A program made the position numbers and the translations under genes. A stretch of 64,000 nt of DNA, taken from positions 288,001-352,000 of the forward strand of contig CAVUAK010000002.1 in the NCBI GenBank assembly GCA_963739455.1. The letters run 5' to 3'. This stretch comes from an uncultured Gemmatimonadales bacterium (GTDB lineage Bacteria; Gemmatimonadota; Gemmatimonadetes; Gemmatimonadales; GWC2-71-9). The notes under the pieces were generated by a model that saw only the letters and a list, made by a program, of their open reading frames with translations, did not search any database and had not been told where the DNA came from. Shown here in pieces: positions 29,262 through 41,118 of the stretch. The number at the start of each line of letters is the position of its first letter. Within the stretch, counting starts at the first letter, position 1.

Positions 29262-30825
29262 GTGCGGCTTGTCTGGTGCGCGCTGCTGACGACCCTGTTG
29301 CTGCCGGCTGCGAGCGAGGCCCAGCTGGCGCCGATCGGCATCCCCCGCGGACTGCTGCGGTTCGGGATCGATGGCTCGTTCGCGTATGCGAACGAGCGCT
29401 TCAACGACGGCACGCGCGAGAACCTCGGCGCCAACTTCACGTCACCCGCGCTTGGGTCGGACCAGATTCCGACGCTCGCCGAGGCCGACCAGCGCATCGC
29501 GGTACTGCTGAACCAGCCCGGCTACAAGCTGAATCTCGGCGCCTCGATCGGAACGGCGCAGGTGTCGAGCGGCACCGGCGCGTTCAGCATTGGCCTCGGC
29601 ATTACCCGTGGCCTCGCGATCTACGGCCGGCTTCCCATCGTCAGCACCTGGTGGAGGCAGGGCGTCTCCATTGATACCGCCACATCCACGGCCGGTGTCA
29701 ACCAGGCCGATCCGGTGATCGGGAACACCACCGGTGCCTCGGTGGCGGAGTCGTTCTTCACCGAGTTCAACACCTCACTGGCGGGACTGGAGCAGCGCAT
29801 CGCCTCTGGCGTCGTACGATGGCGATCCCACGCAAAAGGCGCTCGCCATCCAGACGCTCGCCTCGGGCACGGCCCTGTCGGACAGCCTCAGCGCGTTGAT
29901 CACCAACGCCGGCACGGCGTCGCCATTCCTGCCGTTGGCCTCGAGCAGCGCCGGCCAGACGCTGAGTGGGCAGGTCACCTCGGTGCAGCAGGCCCTCGAC
30001 GGCTCTAGGCGCGGGCGGGTTCACTGCCGCGCTGCCGTTGCCCACGGACCCGGCACAGGCAACCGACCTCAATAGCTACGCCACCGCGGCATCAGGCTCC
30101 ATCGGGTATTCGTCGCTCACCAACAGCAAGCGCACCGGCATCGGCGATGTGGAAGTTGGCGCGGTGTACACCGCGATCGATCACTGGAATGCCGATGCCG
30201 CGCGCGGCGTGCGCCTCGCTGCCATCGGCACGGTCCGCTTCCCGACCGGTGCGGTGGCCCTGCCGACTGACCCCTATGGCGTTTCCCTCGGGGCCGGCAC
30301 TCCCGCCGATCGGATTCGGCCTGGCGCTCGATCTCGGCGGAGGCACGTTCGGGGCCCGGATCAGCGGCGGATACCTGCTCCAGCTTTCAGGGGACTTCAC
30401 GCGCCGGGTGGGCAGTCCCCTGACGGCGATCGTGCCGCGCAGTGCCACCGCCGACGTGACCGTGAACCCTGGCGACCAGGTCCGTATCGGCATTGCACCG
30501 TTTGTCCGCCTGGCGCGCGCGTTCGGCGTCGTGGGTTCGGCGGTGTGGCTCAACCAGGGCACGGACGACGTGCGCTACGCCACCGCCGCCGACTCGGTGC
30601 CCGGCGTACCGGCCTCCCTCCTGGCGGAGGGGACGGGAGCATCGCGGTTCCTGCTGTCGATCGGGGTGACATACTCTTCACCGGGCACGCGCGCAGATGG
30701 TACCGGCCGGCATGCCGATCGACGCCGGCTGGCGCTGGGAAACGACGGTGGCTTCGTCCGGGGGCATCGCCACGAGCTGGTCGGCGATCGTGTTCTTCGC
30801 CCAGATCTACGCGCGGATCTGGTAG
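29262..30825 (+). CDS. Exported, probably outer-membrane beta-barrel protein (frameshifted)
   Basis: Signal peptide ending ASEA-Q; GIGDVEVGA and VRFPTG segments; C-terminus FFAQIYARIW-stop. Confidence 0.65.
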
Positions 30826-30834
30826 GGCCCCGGT

Positions 30835-31234
30835 TCAGCTTATCGTCGTTGCGAAGGCGTTCGATAGCCCGCCGATCTCGCTTGGTGGGACGGCCGCCTT
30901 CGTAGAACGACCGGCGGTGGCGCGCTTCGAAGTCGCTCGGCGGTACGCTCCCGCGCTGCAATGCTCTCGGCGGTCTCCTCGTACAGTTCCCTCGCCACCG
31001 CACGCCGGTCCCCGACGCCCCGACAACCCGCGCACCACCACGATGATGCTGGTAGGGCCCGAGCCGGATCGAGAGCCGGTCGCCGACATGCACGGCGCGC
31101 CCCCGCTTCGGCCGGTCGTCGTTGACGTCGATCTTGCCACTCTCGATCGCGTCCGCGGCCAGGGCGCGTGTCTTGAAGAAGCGCGCGGCCCAGAGCCACT
31201 TGTCGAGCCGGGTCTTTTCGTCGTGCTCTGTCAC
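30835..31234 (-). CDS. hslR: Ribosome-associated heat shock protein Hsp15 (S4 domain; frameshifted, end approximate)
   Basis: RLDKWLWAARFFKTRALA, RRGPA, ELYEET, GRPTKRDRR. Confidence 0.88.
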
Positions 31235-32924
31235 GGGACGTGAGGACGTGAAGACGTGAGGACCTGATGTGTCGCCAGCAACTCGCGAGCGTGCTTCCGC
31301 ACGGTGTCACTCTCCGGCGCCGCCGAGCATCCGCGCCACTTCGAGCACCCGGTCCTCGCCGTGAATCGTCGCGACATCACTCGTTGCGACGCCGCGCTTC
31401 GCCGCCTTGGAGACGACGAGATGCTGGTCGGCGCGAGCGGCGATCTGCGGCAGGTGCGTGATGACCAGCACCTGGTGACGTTCGGCCACCTCAGCGAGGG
31501 CCTCACCGACCTGGACGCCGATCTCGCCACCAATGCCCTGGTCGACTTCGTCGAAGACCAGCGTCGGTACGTGGTCCTGTTTCGCCAGCACGACCTTGAG
31601 CGCGAGCATGAGACGTGAGAGTTCGCCGCCGGACGCGACCTTGGCGAGCAGTCGCTCCTCGAGGCCGGCGTTGAGCTGCACCATGAACGCCGCGGTCTCC
31701 TGCCCGAATGCGTGCGGCACCGAGAGTCGCTCGAGCGCCGCCCGGAAGCGGCCGCCCAGGAAGTCCGAGGCGCGGAAGCCATTTGTTCACCGCGCGCGCC
31801 AACCGGTCGGTGGCCGCGGTACGCCGCGCCGACAGCTGCTCCACGGCGTCATGGCAGCGCCGCCTCGGCCGCCAGGCGCCGCGCAGCCAAGGGCGCGCAG
31901 GTCGAGTTCGGCCGTGTCGAGCAGGTCCAGTTCTGCGGCCGCGGCGGCGCGCGTGTCGAGGACGGCCGCCGAGTCGGCGCCATGCTTCTGGAAGAGCCCG
32001 AAGAGCTGGTCGCGGCGCCGTTCCAGTTCGGCGAGCCGCGCCGGATCATCCTGAACCTCCTGGGCATAGTCCGCCGCAAGCCGAGCCAGTTCGTCGAGGT
32101 TGGCGAACGCGGCGTCGAGCAACTCGCGCCACGGTGCCACGGTGGGGTCGGCCCGCTCGAGTGTGGTCAGCGCGCGGTCTGCCTGGGCCAGCGCGGCGAG
32201 CGCGCCGTCGTCTCCCGACCCGGCCGCCTCACTGACCCGTGACGCATGGCCACTCAGCGTACCGGCCTGTGAGAGGCGGCGCACCTCCAGCTCGAGCGCC
32301 TCCTCCTCATTGGGCTTGAGCTTCGCGCGATCGATCTCGGCGACCACGTGGCGCAGGTAGTCGGCCCGCCGGCGCACCTCGTCCCGCCGCTGGGTGAGCG
32401 CTGATTCTTCCGCCCGCACCGACTCGGTGGCGAGGTGCGCCTCGGCCACGGCGCCGCGCTCCCGTTCGGCGCCGGCGAAGGCATCGAGCATGTCGCGCTG
32501 GGCCTCGGGGCGCAGGAGCGACTCGGTCTCATGCTGTCCGTGGAGGTCCACCAGGATCGCGCCGAGCTCGCCCAGCACGGTAGCAGTGGTCGGGCTGCCG
32601 TTCACCCAGGCACGCGACCGCCCCTCGGTCGACACTTCGCGCCGGACCACGATGCGTCCGTCGTCCAGGTCGAGCCCCAGTGCCTCGACGCGCTTTCGCA
32701 AGCCGGCGCCAGGAACATCGAACGCGCCTTCCACCACCGCGCGTGAGCGCACCGGGACGGACGAGGCCGCTATCCGCGCGTCCACCAAGCAAGAGGGCGA
32801 GGGCATCGACGAGCATCGACTTCCCCGCCCCGGTCTCGCCGCTCAGGACATTCAGTCCCGGTGCGAGTTGCAGCGTCACGTCCGCGATCGTGGCAAGGTC
32901 GCGAACCCTGAGCTCGGCGATCAT
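31231..32924 (-). CDS. recN: DNA repair protein RecN (frameshifted)
   Basis: LSGETGAGKSMLVDAL, VDLHGQHE, ASGGELSR, VFDEVDQG, QVLVITHLPQIAA. Confidence 0.93.
31236..31267 (+). repeat. Four-unit octamer tandem repeat (GGACGTGA)
   Basis: GGACGTGA GGACGTGA AGACGTGA GGACCTGA at the recN/hslR junction. Confidence 0.85.
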
Positions 32925-33790
32925 CGCTCGATCTCGCGCTCGGAGAGGTCGCCCCAGTGGAGCTTGTCGCGCAGCAGCGAGAAGTACCCGAGCGGGTCGA
33001 GCCGGACGAGGCAGACCGCCGTGTTGCACCGCTGCACTTCCACCCGGGCGCCCTCGGCCAGGATGATGCCGGTCTGGCCGTCGAACGACACGAGCAGGTC
33101 CTCGGCCCATCCCTCCATCGGTTCCACCGCGATGACGCTGGTGGCCGATGCGACCAGCGGGCGCACCGTCATGGTGTGCGCGCAGATCGGCGTGATGCAG
33201 ATGGCCTCGAGGCCGGGAAGCAGGATCGGCCCGCCGGCACTGAGGGAGTAGGCGGTGGACCCGGTGGGCGTGGCGATGATGATCCCGTCGGCGCTGAACG
33301 GGCCAACGCTCTCGCCGTCCACCGTCACGTTGACCCGCACGACACGCGCGACACCGCCCTTGTGCACCACGACATCATTCAGCGCCCGCTGGCTCTGGAC
33401 CGTCGTGCCGTCACCGAGCGATACCGTTGCGGTGAGCGTGAGGCGCCGCTCGACGTGGTAGTCACGCCGGACCAGCGCCTCGACGGCACGCTTCAGGTCG
33501 GAGCGCTGGACGCCGGTGAGGAACCCGACACGGCCGAGGTTGACGCCGAGTATGGGAACTTCCTGGCCGTTCAGGAGGCGCGCGCCGCGAAGCAGCGTGC
33601 CATCGCCGCCAAAGGTGACGAGTGCATCGAGCGGCGCGGATTCGAGGAATGGGACCGGACGGTCCCAGAATGGTTCGAGGCGGGGTTCACTGAACAGCCT
33701 GACGCCGAGCGTCGGCGCCAGGCTGGCGAGGTCGCGCAGGACCGCCGCCAGGTCCGCGTACCGCGGGTTCCCGACGACGCCGAGATTCAT
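32921..33790 (-). CDS. nadK: NAD kinase
   Basis: GGDGTLL, GVNLGRVGFL, ALNDVV, DGIIIATPTGSTAYSLSAGGP. Confidence 0.96.
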   Translation of the reverse strand: MNLGVVGNPRYADLAAVLRDLASLAPTLGVRLFSEPRLEPFWDRPVPFLESAPLDALVTFGGDGTLLRGARLLNGQEVPILGVNLGRVGFLTGVQRSDLKRAVEALVRRDYHVERRLTLTATVSLGDGTTVQSQRALNDVVVHKGGVARVVRVNVTVDGESVGPFSADGIIIATPTGSTAYSLSAGGPILLPGLEAICITPICAHTMTVRPLVASATSVIAVEPMEGWAEDLLVSFDGQTGIILAEGARVEVQRCNTAVCLVRLDPLGYFSLLRDKLHWGDLSEREIER

Positions 33791-35688
33791 CGTGCTTCCA
33801 GGCTCTCCTCGCGCACGAGCGCGGAGATGCGGCGGGCGATGCCGTCGGCGGTGAGGCCGAACTCCTCCAGCTGGTCGGGGCGAGGGGCCTGCTCCACCAG
33901 CTTGTCCGGAATGCCGAGAGCCACCACGCGCACCTCGGGCCGGGTGGTCTGCAGCATCTCGGCGAGGTATGCGCCGAAGCCGTTCACCACCGTCCCCTCC
34001 TCGACCGTGACGATGGTGCGATGATCGCGCGCGATGGCCTCGAGCATGGTGGAATCGAGCGGCTTCAGGAAGCGACAGTTGACGACGGCCGCGTCGATGC
34101 CGGTCGCCGCGAGTCGCTCGGCGGCCTGCAGCGCCGGCTGGACCATGGTGCCCACAGCGAGGATGGCGAGGTCACGGCCCTCGCGCAGCGACTCCCACGT
34201 GCCGTACGGCACGGCCGGCATTTCGCTGACGGGGCGCGGCTCGACCGGCACCTTGTCGCGCGGATAGCGGGTGCAGAACGGCCCACCGGTGTGCGCCAGC
34301 GCGGTGCGCAGGAGGCCCACCAGCTCGTCGCCATCCTTCGGGGCGGTGACCGTCATGCCCGGCACCGCCAGCATGTAGGCGATGTCGTAGAGGCCCATGT
34401 GCGTCTGGCCGTCTTCGCCAACCAGCCCCGCGCGGTCCATGCAGAAGATCACGGGCAGGTGCTGCACGGCGATGTCGTGGATGATGTTGTCGTATGCGCG
34501 CTGCAGGAACGTGCTGTAGATGGCGCACGACCGGCTTGATGCCCTGCGTGGCAAGACCGCCGGCGAACGTGACGGCGTGTCCCTCGGCGATGCCCACGTC
34601 GAAGAACCGCTCCGGCCACTTCTTCTGGAAGATGGCGGTGCCCGTGCCCGAGGGCATGGCCGCCGTGATCGCGACCAGGTCCTTGTCTTCCTCGGCCAGC
34701 GCCGTCAGCGCGTCCCCGAAGACCTGCGTCCACGTTGGGTGGGCCGCTCGCCTTCTTCCGCGGCTCGCCGGTGATCGGGTCGTACGCCGCGAGGCCATGC
34801 CACTTCTCACGGTTGGATTCCGCGAAGCCGAAGCCCTTCCCCTTCTCGGTGAGCACGTGCACCACCCGGGGGCCCGTCATCGATCGCACCATCGCGAGCG
34901 TGTCGGTCAGCTTGTCGAGGTCATGGCCGTCGATGGGGCCGAAGTACCGGAAGCCGAGCTCCTCGAAGAGCATGCCCGGCGACCAGAGGTTCTTGACGCT
35001 CTCCTCGACATTCTTGGCGAAATCCACCACGCCCTGCGCCGAAGACGCCACCGAGCGCGAAGGTCATGTGCTTCACCTTCTCGCGGAGCCGGTTGGTGCG
35101 CGGATCGGCGACGATGGCACCGAGTGTCTTGTTGATCGCACCGACGTTGGGCGAGATCGACATGCCGTTGTCGTTGACGATGAGCATGATGTCGCGATCG
35201 GAGTGCCCCGCGTTGTTCATGCCCTCGTACGACAGGCCGCACGTCAGGGCGCCGTCGCCCACCACGGCCACGACCTTGTGCTGCTGGCGCCGGAGGTCGC
35301 GCGCGGTGGCCATGCCCAGCGCCGCCGACATCGCCGTGCCGGCGTGCCCGGCACCGAACTGGTCGTGCTCACTCTCACTGCGCTTGAGGAAGCCGGAAAT
35401 ACCATCGGTCTGGCGCAGCGTGGGGAATCCCTCGTTGCGCCCCGTGAGGAGCTTCCAGGCGTAGGCCTGGTGACCGACGTCCCAGAGAATCTTGTCGGTC
35501 GGGGAGTCGAACTCGTACAGGAGCGCGATGGTGAGCTCCACAACGCCGAGGCTCGCCCCGATGTGGCCCCCGGTCTGCGAGCAGCACTCGATCAGGCGCT
35601 CGCGGATATCCGCGGCCAGCTGCGGCAGCTGGTCGCGCCGCAGGCGCTTGAGGTCGGCGGGGCCGTGGATGGAATCGAGGAGAGACAT
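33787..35688 (-). CDS. dxs: 1-deoxy-D-xylulose-5-phosphate synthase (frameshifted)
   Basis: [67 protein letters not shown]. Confidence 0.95.
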
Positions 35689-35691
35689 GGG

Positions 35692-36610
35692 TCAGGAGTT
35701 CCTTGTCACAATATAGTGCGCCAATGCCCCGAGGGCGGGCGTGGACAGCCCTGCCCGCTCCAGGTGACTGATCGCCGAGCGTGCCAGCCGCTCCGCCTCC
35801 GCCCGCGCGCCATCGATTCCCAGCAGCTGCGCGTAGGTGGACTTGCTGAGCGCCTCATCCTTGCCTGCGGTCTTGCCCAGCTGATCGCTGGTTCCAGTGA
35901 CGTCGAGCACGTCATCGGCGACCTGGAACGCGAGCCCGATGTCGGCACCGTAGCGCTGCAACGCGAGCAGGCCCTCGTCCGAGGCTCGCGCAGCCAGGCC
36001 GCCGAGCACGCAGGACGCCTGGATCAGCGCGCCCGTCTTTCCCCGATGCACGGTGATGAGCTCGGGCAGGTCGAGGCGCCGGCACTCCGCCTCGAGATCG
36101 AGCCATTGCCCGCCCACCATGCCCTCGATGCCACCCGCCTCGAACAGGGTGCAGGCCATCGTGCCGAGCAGTGACGACTCGAGGCCGAGTTCCTGCGCGG
36201 CCTCGACCAGCACCCTGGCTGCCACTGGCACCAGGAGGAAACCTACCCGCGTGGCGGTCGGTACATCGAACTGCCGGTGCATCGTGGCGCGCCCGCGCCG
36301 CAGGTCGTCGTTGTCCATGCACGGCAGGTCGTCGTGCACCAGTGAGTAGGTGTGGACGATCTCCACCGCCGCAGCCACACCGGCCACCGCCTGCGTTGTG
36401 ACCGCCGGCCGCGCGATACGCACCGAGCACCAATGCCGGGCGGACCCGCTTCCCCGGGCTCTGGAGCGCATACCCGAAGGCGGCGCCGAGCGGGCCAGGC
36501 ACCATCGCGGTCAGTTGATCCGCTACCTGGCGAAGTCGCCGGTCGGTATCCTCGCGTGCCTCGGCAAGCAGTGCCTCCGCCGACGCCGGTGGTGCCTCAG
36601 AGATCGACAC
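35692..36610 (-). CDS. ispA: Farnesyl/geranylgeranyl diphosphate synthase (frameshifted)
   Basis: GKRVRP, HTYSLVHDDLPCMDNDDLRRG, GQWLD, KTGAL, FQVADDVLD. Confidence 0.92.
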
Positions 36611-36821
36611 GAGTGCTCCGCAACGTGCCCGACGCATCGGCCAGCACCGACTGCACCGTCTGCTCCGCCCCGGCCAGGGTTTCGCGCGCGCGCCGCAGCC
36701 GGGCGATGCCCTCCTCGAACAGCGTGAGGGCGGCGTCGAGGTCCACATCCTCCTGCTCGAGGCGGCGCACGATCTCCTCGAGGGCCCGCACTTCCTCGGC
36801 GAGTGACGGGGTGTCAGCCAT
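36597..36821 (-). CDS. xseB: Exodeoxyribonuclease VII small subunit
   Basis: LEEIVRRLE...LDAALTLFEEG; located between xseA and ispA. Confidence 0.92.
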   Translation of the reverse strand: MADTPSLAEEVRALEEIVRRLEQEDVDLDAALTLFEEGIARLRRARETLAGAEQTVQSVLADASGTLRSTRVDL

Positions 36822-37980
36822 CAGCCCTCCTCCACCCGCGACGGGACGTCGCCGTCGCGCACGCGCAGGCGGTAGCGAAGCCCGGGACTGAATTCGGCCC
36901 GTCGACGCAGCACCCGTCCATCGAGCGACACCGGCACCGCGAAGCCACGGTCGAGCACGCGCAGCGGACTCAGCGCATCCAGCTGCGCGCCGATGCGATC
37001 GAGCCGGTGGCGATGCTGTCGCACCGCACCCTCCATTCCCGACTCCAGCCGGTCGGCGGTGCGCGCCAGCCGTTCGCCCAGGAGGCGCGTGCGCCGCGAG
37101 AGTCCACCTGCGAGGCGCAGCGCGAGTGGCGTCAACGGCACGCGCGCACCTCACGCTGGTCCGCCACCGCCAACTCGGCGGCATTGGACGGCGTCGCCGC
37201 CCGCACATCGGCGACAAGGTCACAGAGGGTGATGTCGCTCTCGTGGCCCACCGCCGAGATGGTCGGGATCTTCACCGCCGCAAGCGCCCGGCACACCTTC
37301 TCCTCGTTGAAGGCGCTCAGGTCCTCACGCGCCCCACCACCGCGGCCCACGATGCACACGTCGGCATCGAGCAGGTTGACCGTGCGGAGCGCGCGCACCA
37401 GTTCCGGCACCGCATCCCCACCCTGCACCCGTGCGCCGACCACCAGGATGCGCACCGCCGGCCAGCGGCTTCGCGCCACCGTGACGATATCGTGCAGTGC
37501 CGCGCCCTCGAGGCTCGTCACCACGGCAAGGGTCGAGGCATACCGCGGCAGCGGCCGCTTGCGTGACGGGTCGAGCAGGCCGTCGCGGGTGAGCGCAGCG
37601 CGCGTCGCCTCGAGCTGCTGCTGCTGCTGGCCAAGCTGGTCGCTGCGAAGCAGCACCGTCGCGGTGAAGCGGAATTCGCCCTTTTCCTCCCACAGGCCTG
37701 GCGTGCCGAAGACGTGCACCTCGGCGCCCTCCTCCGGCTTGCTCTTCGCGCGCTGCACCCAGGTGCGCCACATGACGCAGCGCACCTGCGCGTTGCCGTC
37801 CTGCAGCGTGAAGTACCAGTGCCCGCTCGCATACTTCTTGAAGCTGGTAACCTCACCCCGCACCCACACCGGCGGCATGTTCTGCTCGAGCAGTCCGCGC
37901 GCCGCCTGGTTGAGGTCACTCACCGACCAGACCTCGGCGGGATCGAGCCCCGCCGGCCCGAACGGCAACGGCAAGGTCAC
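36821..37980 (-). CDS. xseA: Exodeoxyribonuclease VII large subunit (frameshifted)
   Basis: [49 protein letters not shown]. Confidence 0.94.
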
Positions 37981-38861
37981 CGCGTGGCCTGCCGCATGGC
38001 CTGCAGCGTGTTCTGCATCAGCATGGCAATCGTCATCGGGCCCACGCCGCCGGGAACCGGCGTGATCGCCGAGGCGACCTCGGCACACTCATCGTACGCC
38101 ACGTCGCCGGTGAGCCGGTAGCCGCGCGGCTTCGAGGCGTCGTCCACCCGGTTGATCCCGACGTCGATGATGACGGCACCGGGCTTCACGAAGTCACGGG
38201 TGACGAACTCGGGCTTGCCGATGGCCGCGATGATGATGTCAGCACTGCGGCACACCGCCGGCAGGTCGCGCGTCTTCGAGTGACACACCGTGACGGTGGC
38301 GTCGCCGCCGGCGCCCGTCTGGATGAGCAGGTTCGCCATCGGCTTCCCGACGATGGTGCTGCGGCCGACGACGACGGCGTGCGCGCCCTTCGTCTCGATA
38401 CCCGAGCGGATGAGCATCTGCTGCACGCCGTATGGGGTGCACGGCCGGAGGGCGGTCGGGTCGCCGATGACAAGCTTGCCGACGTTCTGCGGATGGAAGC
38501 CGTCCACGTCCTTCGCCGGGTTGACCCGGTTGAGGACTTTTTCCGTATCGATGTGCTTCGGCAGCGGAAGCTGGACGAGGATGCCGTGCACTGCCGCATC
38601 GGCATTGAGCTGGTCCACGATCTCCAGGACTTCGGCCTCGGACGCCGTCGCCGGGCGCGTGATCTTGACGGAGTACATGCCGGCCTCGATGCAGGCCTTC
38701 TCCTTGCTGCCGACATACGCCTTGCTGGCGGGGTCCTCTCCGATCAGCACCACGGCGAGTCCCGGCTTCATGCCCAGCGCCGCAAACCTGGCCGCCTCCA
38801 CGGCGACCTCGTCGCGGATGGTCCGGGCGAGCGCGACGCCATCGATGATGCGCGCGGTCAC
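37977..38861 (-). CDS. folD: Methylenetetrahydrofolate dehydrogenase/cyclohydrolase
   Basis: [43 protein letters not shown]. Confidence 0.98.
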   Translation of the reverse strand: MTARIIDGVALARTIRDEVAVEAARFAALGMKPGLAVVLIGEDPASKAYVGSKEKACIEAGMYSVKITRPATASEAEVLEIVDQLNADAAVHGILVQLPLPKHIDTEKVLNRVNPAKDVDGFHPQNVGKLVIGDPTALRPCTPYGVQQMLIRSGIETKGAHAVVVGRSTIVGKPMANLLIQTGAGGDATVTVCHSKTRDLPAVCRSADIIIAAIGKPEFVTRDFVKPGAVIIDVGINRVDDASKPRGYRLTGDVAYDECAEVASAITPVPGGVGPMTIAMLMQNTLQAMRQATR

Positions 38862-40439
38862 CGGGCCACCCCGACGGCCCGCGTCTCCCGGATCACCACC
38901 ACCCGGATCTGCCCGGGGTACTGGAGCTCATCCTCGATGCGCTTGGCGATCTGCTCGCTCAGTGCCGCCGCGCCCGCATCGTCGATCTGGTCTGGAGTAA
39001 CCACCACCCGCACCTCCCTCCCCGCCTGGATGACATTGCACTTCTCGACACCCTTGAAGGCGTTCGCGATCTCCTCGAGACGCGTCAGCCGCTTGACGTA
39101 GCTCTCGAACGCCTCGCGGCGGGCGCCCGGGCGCGCCCCGCTGATGGCATCAGCCGCCTGCACCAGCACGGACTCGGTGGACTCGTGCGGCACGTCGTCG
39201 TGATGCGCGTGCAATGCAGTTGATGACCGCTGCGCTCTCGCCGTACTTGCGGGCCATCTCGACGCCGAGCTCGACGTGGGTGCCCTCGCTCTCGTGCGTC
39301 AGCACCTTGCCGATGTCATGCAGCAGGCCGCCCCGGCGGGCGAGCTCCGGGTCGACGTGAAGCTCGGCCGCCATGTTGCCGGCGATCCAGGCGACTTCCT
39401 TCGAGTGCTCGAGGATGTTCTGCCCATACGAGGTGCGGTACTTCATGCGCCCGATGAGCTTGATGAGCTCCGGGTGAATGCCGTGCACGTTGGCGTCGTA
39501 GGCCGCCTGCTCGCCGGCCTCTACCAGCTGCTGGTCCAGCTCACGACGGATCTTGGCCACCACTTCCTCGATGCGACCGGGATGGATCCGGCCGTCGACG
39601 ATCAGCGCCTCGAGCGACCGGCGCGCCACTTCGCGGCGGATCGGGTCGAAGCAGGAAATGACGACGGTGTCGGGCGTATCGTCGATGATGACGTCCACGC
39701 CGGTCGCGGTCTCGAAGGCCCGGATGTTCCGGCCCTCGCGACCGATGATCCGCCCCTTCATCTCGTCGCTCGGCAGCGTGACGGCGGAGACGGTGGTCTC
39801 GGCGGTATGCTCGGCGGCAATGCGCTGCGCTGCCATGGAGATGATGCGGCGCGCCTCCTTCTCGGCACCCTTCCGCGCCTGGTCCTTGATGTCGCGCGCG
39901 AGGGCCAGCGCCGCACCGCGCGCCTCGTCTTCCACCCGCTGCAATAGTTGCTGCCGGGCATCAGCGGCGGTCAGGCCCGCGATCTGTTCGAGCTTCGCCT
40001 GCTGCTCCGCGGCGAAGCGCGCCGCTTCCTGCTCCCGTCCAGCGATCTGCTTGTCGCGCGAGTCGAGCTGCTGGACGCGCTTGCCCAGTTCCTTCTGCTG
40101 GCCATCCAGCTCCGCCTGCCGCCGCTCGAGCACCTGGTTGCGCTCCTCCGCTCGGCGCTCGACCCGGCCCACCTCCTCGCGCCGGCGAACGAGCTCCTGC
40201 TCCAGCGCCTCGCGCTGCTGCACCGCCTCCATCTTGGCCGCCAGCACCGCTTCCGCCCGGGCGCGATCGACGCCCTGCGTGGCATCGGCGCGGATGCGCG
40301 CGGCCTCTGAACGCGCGTCGGCCAGGACGCCCGTTGCCGCTTTCTTCTGGGATCGGCTGTAGACAAAAAAGAAACCGGCCGCGACAATCAGGCCGGCCGT
40401 GATCCCCTCGAGGAGGGGCAGGAGCAGCGCCTGGCTCAT
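38858..40439 (-). CDS. rny: Ribonuclease Y (frameshift near 39210)
   Basis: N-terminal TM helix, coiled coil, KH ([13 protein letters not shown]), HD (LLHDIGK), [19 protein letters not shown]. Confidence 0.96.
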
Positions 40440-40497
40440 GAACTATTTTATCTCCAGGAGGTCGCCGGGGCGCCTCCGGTCAGTCAGTCGGAGCTGG

Positions 40498-40803
40498 TCA
40501 CCCCGAGGTCGCCCGGCTGCCGCGCTTGGCGGGCGGCAGCAGCGGGGCTATCTCGTCGGCCAGCGCAGTGAGCCGCGCGGCGAACTCCCGGTCGCCACGG
40601 CGGGACTGGAACAATTCATCGGTGATCGCGAGCGCCGCGAGGATCGCGGCCTTGTGCGGTTCCACGGCCGGAAGCGTCGCGCGCACCCGGGACAGTGCAG
40701 CGTCGAGATACGCCGCCACCTCACGGGTGTACTCGGGCGGTAGCTCGGACCGCACCGTGTACACCTCGCCACCGATCGTCACCGGCACCACGTTCTTGCT
40801 CAT
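40498..40803 (-). CDS. zapA: Cell division protein ZapA
   Basis: VTIGGEVYTV, VAAYLD, AILAALAITDELF; pheT-zapA-rny synteny. Confidence 0.85.
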   Translation of the reverse strand: MSKNVVPVTIGGEVYTVRSELPPEYTREVAAYLDAALSRVRATLPAVEPHKAAILAALAITDELFQSRRGDREFAARLTALADEIAPLLPPAKRGSRATSG

Positions 40804-41108
40804 GCCGGCTCCGTCATGCCTCGTTCGAGGAATGCCAGCCGGCTGGCAAGGGACGTGACTTTCTCCCTGACGGCGGCCAGCCGCTGCTGGAGGACCACGT
40901 TCTCCTGCTCGAGCTCAGCCAGCCGGGCGCGCGCCTGAACCGGATCTGGTGCCTTGCCGCCGGGCACCCTGGACCGCAGTTCCTGCAGCTCTCCCTCGGC
41001 GCGGAGACACCGGCGCCGCCACACCGTCAGTTCTTCTGTGGCGTGCCGCACCAGCGTCTCTACTTCGGCCAGCGCGCGGCGCTCGGGCCGCTCGTACGTA
41101 TCGCTCAC
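40800..41108 (-). CDS. Small coiled-coil protein (ZapB-like position)
   Basis: Heptad-rich ORF between pheT and zapA; probable GTG at 41108. Confidence 0.65.
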   Translation of the reverse strand: MSDTYERPERRALAEVETLVRHATEELTVWRRRCLRAEGELQELRSRVPGGKAPDPVQARARLAELEQENVVLQQRLAAVREKVTSLASRLAFLERGMTEPA

Positions 41109-41118
41109 CTTCAGCTCC

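Noticed and set aside
40440..40497. 6S RNA next to zapA
   Set aside because: The gap is only 58 bp, too short for 6S RNA
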